DNA of 32,000 nucleotides from Chlamydiota bacterium (lineage in GTDB: Bacteria > Auribacterota > JACPWU01): assembly GCA_016196885.1 (NCBI GenBank), contig JACPWU010000011.1, positions 60,001-92,000 on the forward strand. The letters are read 5' to 3'. Made by a program: the position numbers and the translations under genes. This document shows, piece by piece, positions 16,141 through 23,094 of this stretch. Each line of letters opens with the position of its first letter. Position 1 is the first letter of the stretch. The notes beneath the pieces were generated by a model. The model saw only the letters and a program-made list of their open reading frames with translations. It ran no database searches and was not told the DNA's origin.

Positions 16141-16470
16141 TCACCATTTCTTAAAAATCAAGAAAACGGCACCGATGATCATCAAGAATCCAACCACGTA
16201 ATTCCATTTCAAGGGTTCCTTCAAATAAAGGATGGAAAAGATGGAGAAGACAATAAGCGTGATGACCTCCTGCATGGTTTTTAACTGAGCTGCAGAAAAA
16301 TAGGCATGTCCGATGCGATTGGCTGGAACTTGAAAACAATATTCAATAAAGGCAATCCCCCAGCTCACCAGAATCACCTTCCAAAGAGCCGATTGCTTAA
16401 ACTTTAAATGACCGTACCATGCCATCGTCATAAAAATATTTGAAATAGTGAGTAAAAAAACTGTTCTCAT
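16141..16470 (-). CDS. DMT-superfamily small membrane protein (DUF486-like)
   Basis: 109 aa with about four predicted TM helices. MAWYGHLKF...FIEYCFQVPANRIG matches my recollection of the DUF486 family. Confidence 0.75.
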   Translation of the reverse strand: MRTVFLLTISNIFMTMAWYGHLKFKQSALWKVILVSWGIAFIEYCFQVPANRIGHAYFSAAQLKTMQEVITLIVFSIFSILYLKEPLKWNYVVGFLMIIGAVFLIFKKW

Positions 16471-16474
16471 ACCC

Positions 16475-17809
16475 TTAACTCTTTCTTATCAATTCGTTAT
16501 TCATCCAAGAAACAAGCTTCAAACATCCGTACCCTCCCCATAAAGAAATGAGGGGCATGACCGGATGGCGAAACCGGGCCAACCCTTGAGGCCCACCAGA
16601 AATCAAAATAAAATATCCCATCAAGGCCGTTGTTAAAAAGAGAATAAATTTTGATTCTCTATAAGAAAAAATCCCAAGACTCGCAAGAATAAAATAAAAG
16701 ATCAAAACAATCCCCATCAAAAAATAGCTCCAAAAAAGCATCGGCTTTTTCTTCAACAATTGCTTCAAAATTTTTATAACCCCTTGGTCTAAAATCTGTT
16801 TCAACAAACCTCCCCTTCTAGGATATTTTCCCAAAAGTCTCAAATATTCAACAGCACACGGATCAAGCAAGACCCTTAACACCCCTTGCGTATAAATCCA
16901 TCTGTATGAAGTAAAATACTTTTTTAGGATTCTAAAAGACTCTTTCCTCATCCATTTAAATTTTTGTCCTTGAGTCCAGGATAATTGTTCCGGATGCTTT
17001 TTATTGTATTTTTCCCAACCGCCAAAGCCAAGGATTTCTCTTGCCCGATCAAAAGGAATTTTTTGCGTTTGTGCTTCTAGAGAAGCTACATGATAAAAAT
17101 AAAATGTCTTATCAAAAACTGCGGAAAAACCCGAATAACCCGTTTCTTTTAGATTTCTCATTTGCCATAAAACAACAGGAATAAAAGCAATTGCAAAAAA
17201 GAGAACGACCCTTAAAAATCTTCTTTTTATATACTGGATTCCCCAAATTCCTAGAGCAAACGTTGTTAGAAAAATTAAAAAATACGAAATAGGTTTCACA
17301 TACGTTGCAGTGGCAAGAGACAAAGCTGAAAAACACAAATCCCTCATTGACTCCTTTTTGAGAAACCTCACCAAAAAATAGACAAAGGACATCAAAAAAA
17401 AGGTAAACAAGGTCTCAGGCATGATTTTAACACTGTATAAAACAGACAACGGCTCCAATGCATATAAAAAAGCACTGATCAAGGCCACACGAACATTTTC
17501 AAAAAGCAACATCGCTAATTTAAAAATGAGAAATACCGTCGCACAACTTAAAAGAATTTGTAGTGTGATCGTTACAATCTCCCAACGACCTATTTTTAAA
17601 CCCATATCGAGAAAAAGAGGATAACCGGGTGTGCGTACGATTTCAGAAATGCCGTGTGTCGAAAATGCACCCAAAGAAAGCATGGCTTGAGCCGGAAGAA
17701 GATACGTCACTGAATCTGGAGAATGAAAAACAGAAAAATCATGCGTAAAAAGAAGGGAAATAACTCCAAGAACGAGTCGCAAAGCAAAAGCCAATAAAAT
17801 AAAACACAA
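16475..17809 (-). CDS. GT-C fold membrane glycosyltransferase (ArnT/PMT_2-like, GT39-type)
   Basis: Many TM helices and an RTPGYPLFL motif. The start is uncertain. I chose TTG 17807-17809, preceded by GAGGGTGGTGGA. The longest ORF (to 17983) and the ATG at 17921-17923 both lie inside S-element copy S2. Confidence 0.65.
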   Translation of the reverse strand: MCFILLAFALRLVLGVISLLFTHDFSVFHSPDSVTYLLPAQAMLSLGAFSTHGISEIVRTPGYPLFLDMGLKIGRWEIVTITLQILLSCATVFLIFKLAMLLFENVRVALISAFLYALEPLSVLYSVKIMPETLFTFFLMSFVYFLVRFLKKESMRDLCFSALSLATATYVKPISYFLIFLTTFALGIWGIQYIKRRFLRVVLFFAIAFIPVVLWQMRNLKETGYSGFSAVFDKTFYFYHVASLEAQTQKIPFDRAREILGFGGWEKYNKKHPEQLSWTQGQKFKWMRKESFRILKKYFTSYRWIYTQGVLRVLLDPCAVEYLRLLGKYPRRGGLLKQILDQGVIKILKQLLKKKPMLFWSYFLMGIVLIFYFILASLGIFSYRESKFILFLTTALMGYFILISGGPQGLARFRHPVMPLISLWGGYGCLKLVSWMNNELIRKS

Positions 17810-17838
17810 CAGCAGTTTTCCACCACCCTCTTCATACC

Positions 17839-17973
17839 AAGAAGTGGGTGGCCCGACTGGAGGTCCCCCATCGAGCGCCAGCAGACGTCGCCTACAACTC
17901 CCAAAGCCATACCTAAGGCTCATCCGACGTCGATGCCATCGATGGGGGTGAGGAGGGACAGGACCCACTTCTT
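17839..17973 (+). repeat. S-element copy S2
   Basis: AAGAAGTGGGT-GGCCCGACTGGAGGTCCCCCATCGAGCGCCAGCAG...GATGCCATCGATGGGGGTGAGGAGGGACAGG-ACCCACTTCTT. Begins 6 nt past the acs stop codon. Confidence 0.85.
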
Positions 17974-17979
17974 TTACCC

Positions 17980-19971
17980 TCACAACTTTCTTCCCTTAAC
18001 CAAGGTATCCACCACCGATGGATCGGCCAAAGTCGAAGTGTCCCCTAAATTGCCAATATCCCCTTGCGCAATTTTTCTTAAGATGCGACGCATGATTTTT
18101 CCAGACCTTGTTTTAGGAAGGCCTTCATTGAATTGTATTTGATCTGGCTTGGCAATGGGGCTGATTTCTTTTCTGACATGAGAAATGAGTTCTTTTTCAA
18201 GTTTTTCAGAAGGAGAAAACCCTTTTTTCAAGGTCACAAAACAATAAATCCCCTGCCCTTTAATCTCATGGGGAAAACCTACGACGGCCGTCTCCGCAAC
18301 CGCCTCATGAGAGACCAAAACATGCTCCACTTCAGCCGTGCTGATGCGATGACCCGACACATTGATCACATCGTCAATGCGACCCTGAAGCCAATAAAAG
18401 CCGTCCTCATCTATTTTACAGCCATCCCCTGTAAAATAATTTCCAGGAAACTGAGAAAAATAAATTTTTTGAATGCCTTCATTTTTAGAATCCCCATAAA
18501 CCCCTCTCAGCATCCCTGGCCACGGACGTGTAATAACCAAAGATCCTTTTTCATCAGCGGAGGCCTTTGTCCCATCTGCTCTAAAAACTTCAGGAACAAT
18601 CCCAAAAAAAGGTTTCGAGGTAGAACCTGGTTTCATGGGTATCGCACCTGCCAAAGGAGCAATCATAATCCCGCCCGTCTCCGTTTGCCACCACGTGTCC
18701 AGGACCGGACACCGTTCTTTGCCAATCACACGGTAATACCATAACCAGGCCGCAGGATTGATCGGCTCTCCCACACTGCCCAGAATCCTCAAAGACGAAA
18801 GATCATGTTTATGGGGCCATTCATCGCCCAGTCGCATCAACGCGCGAATCGCTGTGGGGGCCGTATAAAAAATGCTGACCTTTTCATCTGCAATGATTTT
18901 CCAGAAACGGTCGGGTTCAGGATACGTGGGAATCCCCTCAAACATCAGCACCGTCGCCCCGTTGGAAAGAGGGCCATAAATCACATACGAGTGCCCTGTG
19001 ATCCAACCAATATCAGCTGTACACCAGAATAAATCTTTATCTTTGACATCAAAAATCCATTTAAATGTTAAATGGACATAAAGGAGATACCCTGCTGTCG
19101 TGTGAAGCACACCTTTGGGTTTTCCGGTTGAACCACTGGTATAGAGAATAAAAAGAGGATCTTCTGAATCCATTTTTTCAGGAGGGCAAACAGGATGAAT
19201 ATCTGAACGCCTCATTTCTTCATGCCACCCTAGGTCTCGTCCCAATTTCATCAAGCAATCGCCCTTCCCTCGCCGGAATACAAGAACCTTTTGAACGCCG
19301 GGACATTCTTTCAGAGCCTCATCCACCTTACCTTTTAAATCAATCACCTTTCCTCCATGAAAGCCCACATCGCAAGTGACAACCACTTTTGAATCACAAT
19401 CCAAAATCCGGCCTTTTAAGGATTCCGCGCTGAAAGCCGAGAAAACAACCGAATGAATCGCACCCATTCTCGCACAAGCCAACACTGCAATCGCAAGCTC
19501 TGGAACCATCGGCATAAAAAGAGTGACACGATCGCCACGGCCCACACCATTTTTTTTCAAGACATTTGCAAAACGGCAAACTTCTTCATAAAGCTCTTGA
19601 TAAGTCAGTGTCCGTCTTTCGCCTTCCTTCTCGCCCACCCAGACAAGTGCTTTTTTATTCTTCTTCCAAGTTGAAACATGACGGTCCAAACAATTGTAGG
19701 AAGCATTGAGTTTCCCTCCGACAAAAAATTGACAATAGGGCGCTTCTCTCTGGCCAATCGTTTTGAAATCATACGCCATCACCGGGTCCCATTTCTCAAA
19801 CCATGAAAGATGCTCCTGGGCTTCTCTCGCCCAGAAATTTTCAGGATCCTTGATCGATTGCTCGTACAGGCGTTCGTATTCTTTTAAATTTTTAATGTAG
19901 GCTTTTTCACTTAAAGCTTGAGGAGGGTAAAAAACTGCATCTTCTTTCAAGGCGTGAGTCTGCTTCAACAC
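17980..19971 (-). CDS. acs: Acetyl-CoA synthetase (AMP-forming)
   Basis: 663 aa with YTSGSTGKPKG, the WWQTETGG region and a C-terminal PKTRSGKIMRR. GTG start preceded by GGAGGTG. Confidence 0.95.
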   Translation of the reverse strand: MLKQTHALKEDAVFYPPQALSEKAYIKNLKEYERLYEQSIKDPENFWAREAQEHLSWFEKWDPVMAYDFKTIGQREAPYCQFFVGGKLNASYNCLDRHVSTWKKNKKALVWVGEKEGERRTLTYQELYEEVCRFANVLKKNGVGRGDRVTLFMPMVPELAIAVLACARMGAIHSVVFSAFSAESLKGRILDCDSKVVVTCDVGFHGGKVIDLKGKVDEALKECPGVQKVLVFRRGKGDCLMKLGRDLGWHEEMRRSDIHPVCPPEKMDSEDPLFILYTSGSTGKPKGVLHTTAGYLLYVHLTFKWIFDVKDKDLFWCTADIGWITGHSYVIYGPLSNGATVLMFEGIPTYPEPDRFWKIIADEKVSIFYTAPTAIRALMRLGDEWPHKHDLSSLRILGSVGEPINPAAWLWYYRVIGKERCPVLDTWWQTETGGIMIAPLAGAIPMKPGSTSKPFFGIVPEVFRADGTKASADEKGSLVITRPWPGMLRGVYGDSKNEGIQKIYFSQFPGNYFTGDGCKIDEDGFYWLQGRIDDVINVSGHRISTAEVEHVLVSHEAVAETAVVGFPHEIKGQGIYCFVTLKKGFSPSEKLEKELISHVRKEISPIAKPDQIQFNEGLPKTRSGKIMRRILRKIAQGDIGNLGDTSTLADPSVVDTLVKGRKL

Positions 19972-20010
19972 GAATCACCTCCTAATTAAAAATTTCAAAC
20001 TCTAAATTTT

Positions 20011-20105
20011 AAATCCTAAACCCTAAACAAACTTAAAACTCAAATGCTCAAATGTTTTTGAGTTTTAGTCATTTGAGTTTGTTTAGAGTTTAGTGTTTAG
20101 GATTT
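20011..20105. repeat. Word-repeat hairpin W12 (CTAAA/CAAACT words)
   Basis: AAATCCTAAACCCTAAACAAACTTAAAACTCAAATG pairs with CATTTGAGTTTGTTTAGAGTTTAGTGTTTAGGATTT. Lies between the stop of the small ORF and the acs RBS. Confidence 0.8.
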
Positions 20106-20107
20106 CT

Positions 20108-20413
20108 TTACCAGTTCTTATCACATTTCTTACAATAAAAACGGGGATCCGCACCGCCAATCACGCAACCGCCCAATTTTACTTTACCTTCATCAGCTTC
20201 CTTCATCAATTTCTCACTGGGATAACCATACACAATGCGAACCACATTTTCTGAACTTCCACAGACAGGACAAGCTGGCATGGGGCGAACTTGGGACGGA
20301 GACGGTGATTCAACCTGAGTTTGGGCTTGAGATTTCACATCGGAAGAAGTCTCTCCCTGAACAGGAAAGACACAGAAACAAAAAGTTAAAAGAAAAAAGT
20401 AAATGAATTTCAT
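20108..20413 (-). CDS. Small secreted zinc-ribbon protein (hypothetical)
   Basis: 101 aa: signal peptide (FLLTFCFCVFPVQG), then CPVCG...CKKC. GGAGG RBS. Confidence 0.65.
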   Translation of the reverse strand: MKFIYFFLLTFCFCVFPVQGETSSDVKSQAQTQVESPSPSQVRPMPACPVCGSSENVVRIVYGYPSEKLMKEADEGKVKLGGCVIGGADPRFYCKKCDKNW

Positions 20414-20582
20414 AAATCCTCCGTTTCCTCTGATGTATTTCTCAACCTACTGCCTAAGACCCATGCTAACACAAAGTTAAGGAATCAAAAACTCATGTGG
20501 GAAAACTCACCTATTCCCACACCCTTTCCCTGGCGCAGGCTGATGCCCAATCGTCTTAGCATTCTATTTCTATTTAAATACT

Positions 20583-20656
20583 TCGGGGTGCCCAGAATCG
20601 AACTGGGGACCCCCTGCGCCCAAGGCAGGTGCGCTACCAGGCTGCGCTACACCCCG
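20583..20656 (-). tRNA. tRNA-Pro (TGG)
   Basis: Cloverleaf: acceptor CGGGGTG/CACCCCG, anticodon stem CCTGC/GCAGG, loop CTTGGGC, T-loop TTCGATT. Confidence 0.9.
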
Positions 20657-20660
20657 TGTT

Positions 20661-20695
20661 TCAATTTTAGATTTTGGATTGCGGATTTTAGATTA
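20661..20695. repeat. Half copy (left arm only) of the W9/W10 element, immediately 5' of tRNA-Pro
   Basis: CAATTTTAGATTTTGGATTGCGGATTTTAGATTA with no complementary arm following. Confidence 0.75.
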
Positions 20696-20793
20696 AGAAC
20701 TTAAAACATAATGTCTGAACTACAATCAAAAATCAAGCCCCCATTTTCAGTCATGGATCGTCAATTTTTCAAAGTTTTTGCTTTTACCCACGA

Positions 20794-20819
20794 CATGTTT
20801 TTATAGTCCCCGCGGGACT
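20794..20819 (+). repeat. Y micro-element copy 2 (CATGTTTTTATAGTCCC-CGC-GGGACT)
   Basis: Same motif as 10105-10129 and 30818-30841. Lies 7 nt from the stop of the FAD oxidoreductase gene. Confidence 0.6.
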
Positions 20820-20825
20820 CATCCC

Positions 20826-21944
20826 TCACGACTGCCCTTCAGACATTCCATGCGCAAAGCGGTAGAGAGAACGCGTGGTTTTTTCATGTTTTGACAGCAT
20901 TCTCACCACAACATCTATCATGCCTGAATGATGGCTTAAGAAACGTATTGCCCGGCTGAATAAAAATCTTCTGCCTAATTTTTTGTGAATGGTAGAAACA
21001 TAATTTCCATTTTCAAAAGATTGATTGAGTAAGAACGCAAATTCCAAACCTAAGGTGATTCCATCTCCTAGAAAAGGATCAATCACTCCTAAGGAATCTC
21101 CTACATAAAAGAGATGATCCTGATCACTCCCCTTTACTTTAAGTCCAAAAGAAAAGGGAGCGGTTACTTTGAGGTCCCCCACTCTTTGGGCCTTGCTCAT
21201 TTTCTCGGTCAGCATGGGATGCCGTCTAAAAACCCAATCCATTAATTCATCTTCGCTCTGAGAAATTTTTTCCACAGGGACATGTTCCATATTCAGAAGG
21301 AAACAGGCATTCACCAGACCCTTCTCAATTTGAACAAGTCCTCCATACCCCTCTTTAAAAAAGAAAAGCTCAAGCGCATTTTTTAAATTTTGAGCGCCCC
21401 GATAATGAGCTTTCACTCCCAACATTCTTTGCCCACCTTTAGGCTGATTTTTAAGAGCCTCTCTCCCTGTGGCCAACACTAAATTTTTTGCAATAAAACT
21501 TTCCCCGACCTTTAATTTTTGAGGCGCTGTTTTCACATGCCACAAATTATTTTCTCTCTCAAATCCCGTCATTAAAACCCCTTCTTGAACTTCTGCTCCT
21601 CTTTCTTTCGCATGATTCAGCAAGAGAAGATCCAAACTTGCGCGACTTAAACCCAAGGCATGCTCAGCGCCAAAACTAATTTCTAGAGTTTTTCCAGAGG
21701 GGGCATATAGAACTGCTCTTTCGATGACGTGGTATCCGCTTTGAGAGATTGCTTTTCGGATTCCTAAATGATCAAAAATTTTCCACGCGGCAGGGCTGAT
21801 GAATTCACCACAAACTTTATCTCGAGGAAAAATAGATTTTTCAATAATGAATGTTTTCAAGCCCCTTTCCTGAAGAAAAGAGGCTGACGCCGTTCCTGCA
21901 GGGCCTGCGCCAATAACGATAACGTCATAAACTTTTGTGATCAC
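20826..21944 (-). CDS. FAD-dependent oxidoreductase (geranylgeranyl reductase / flavin monooxygenase-like)
   Basis: 372 aa with an N-terminal DVIVIGAGPAGTASA..IIEK dinucleotide fold, KVCGEF, and YVGDSLGVIDPFLGDGI. GTG start. Confidence 0.85.
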   Translation of the reverse strand: MITKVYDVIVIGAGPAGTASASFLQERGLKTFIIEKSIFPRDKVCGEFISPAAWKIFDHLGIRKAISQSGYHVIERAVLYAPSGKTLEISFGAEHALGLSRASLDLLLLNHAKERGAEVQEGVLMTGFERENNLWHVKTAPQKLKVGESFIAKNLVLATGREALKNQPKGGQRMLGVKAHYRGAQNLKNALELFFFKEGYGGLVQIEKGLVNACFLLNMEHVPVEKISQSEDELMDWVFRRHPMLTEKMSKAQRVGDLKVTAPFSFGLKVKGSDQDHLFYVGDSLGVIDPFLGDGITLGLEFAFLLNQSFENGNYVSTIHKKLGRRFLFSRAIRFLSHHSGMIDVVVRMLSKHEKTTRSLYRFAHGMSEGQS

Positions 21945-21997
21945 AAATAATCCCTGCTTATATATTTTTCACCAAAAACTCAAAATGCTTACAGTTC

Positions 21998-22089
21998 GTC
22001 ATCCCCGAGTGTTTTAATCGGGGATCCATCCACATGGATTCCCGCTTACCCCGACGAGGGGCTGCTTCGCTGAAACCTGCGAGAATGAC
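21998..22089. repeat. GC-rich multi-hairpin element closed by GTCAT/ATGAC
   Basis: Hairpins ATCCCCGA/TCGGGGAT (22001-22025), ATCCAT/ATGGAT (22024-22039), ATTCCCGC/GCGAGAAT (22038-22086, one mismatch) and, enclosed by the latter, CCCC-GACGA-GGGG (22049-22061). Confidence 0.6.
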
Positions 22090-22098
22090 AAACAAAAG

Positions 22099-22800
22099 CT
22101 AAAAAATCCACAGGCTGAGACGATAAGGGAAATGCCTTCTGACCTCATAATTTTTAAATCCGTTACTCTTCATCAGGGTCTTTAATTCCTGAACCGTAAA
22201 GGCTCTTAAAATAGAGATCGCCCCATCATTTCTCGTCATGGCATGAAAACACATCACTCCAGATAAAATCTGATAGAACCCGTATGGAATCCAGGCTCGA
22301 AGTAAATCATTGATCAAGACGCCACAACGAGAAAGCGAAAGCATTTTCTTTAAAATAGGAATGGCCTGATCAGGACTTAAATGGTGTAAAAAAAGAGAGG
22401 AAATACAAAAATCAAATTTTTGCTCTGACTCTTTTAAATCAAAAACATCTTGAATCTGTACTGAAATTTCTGGATAAAGAGCGGCATTCCGCTTGGCCAT
22501 TTTCACCATTCTTGGATTTTTATCAAGAGCCAAAATCGAGACTTGATATGGATTCTTTCGTGCCCATTTTATAATTTGAATAGGAATATCTCCCGATCCT
22601 GTTCCCACATCCAAAATAGAAAATTTTTTAAGCCCTCGTTTTTGAATTTCTCTTTCCAAATTCTTTAAAATAACTCGCGTTCCACCCAACCAGCAATTAA
22701 TCCATTGAAGATTTTTGAGCGTCTTCTCAAGATCCTCTTCTGTGTAATCATCCCCATCCATCCATTCTGGATCATGACTTTGTTTTGGTACAAATTTCAT
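22099..22800 (-). CDS. Class I SAM-dependent methyltransferase
   Basis: 233 aa with the SAM motif I ILDVGTGSGDI and a downstream acidic LALDKN. Confidence 0.85.
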   Translation of the reverse strand: MKFVPKQSHDPEWMDGDDYTEEDLEKTLKNLQWINCWLGGTRVILKNLEREIQKRGLKKFSILDVGTGSGDIPIQIIKWARKNPYQVSILALDKNPRMVKMAKRNAALYPEISVQIQDVFDLKESEQKFDFCISSLFLHHLSPDQAIPILKKMLSLSRCGVLINDLLRAWIPYGFYQILSGVMCFHAMTRNDGAISILRAFTVQELKTLMKSNGFKNYEVRRHFPYRLSLWIF

Positions 22801-22802
22801 AT

Positions 22803-22945
22803 TAATTTCAATGATCCTTCGAGATCATCGTGTGTGATGAAAGTCCTTCCCATCATGCTTTTTTTGTAGTCGCCCGATTCATCGGGCAGCCCCATAAATG
22901 GGGCGACTACAGAATGAGCTTCACTTTCATAGCAAGAATACTCAT
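22803..22945 (+). repeat. REPIN-like element R1 (inverted REP doublet, core 22866-22910)
   Basis: GTAGTCGCCCGATTCATCGGGC faces the inverted GCCCCATAAATGGGGCGACTAC. Each half is a GTAG head plus a GC palindrome. The flanking arms are conserved with the copy at 26803-27072. Confidence 0.75.
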
Positions 22946-22947
22946 AA

Positions 22948-23088
22948 AAATAGAAATTGGGTGGCCCAACTGGGGGTCCCCCATCGAGCGTCAGCAGGTC
23001 GAGACAAAAACCTAACACTCGATCAAGAACATTAACGAGACCGATGCCGTCGATGGGGGTAAGTTGGGACAGGACCCAATTTCTATTT
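22948..23088 (+). repeat. S-element copy S3
   Basis: 15-bp outer stem AAATAGAAATTGGGT/ACCCAATTTCTATTT encloses the conserved S blocks. Ends 6 nt from the PKS stop codon. Confidence 0.85.
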
Positions 23089-23094
23089 CTTAGA

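Noticed and set aside
17707-17983. ORFs translating the repeats: DGGPPVGPP (16475..17983 N-terminus, 22797..23018, 29740..30003), KGHTFKY (11386.., 29565.., 29740..), YDVRRT/MFDVR (2337.., 2374.., 3613..)
   Set aside because: The same peptides recur only because the same DNA repeats are translated. They have no RBS, overlap better-supported genes or MITE termini, and occur in several frames and on both strands.
22964-23069. GCCCAAC … GTTGGGA in S3 resembling integron attC R''/R' core sites (RYYYAAC / GTTRRRY)
   Set aside because: S2, S4 and S5 have CCCGAC / GAGGGAC instead, so the core sites are not conserved. There is no intI integrase or attI, and the flanking genes are housekeeping genes, not promoterless cassettes.
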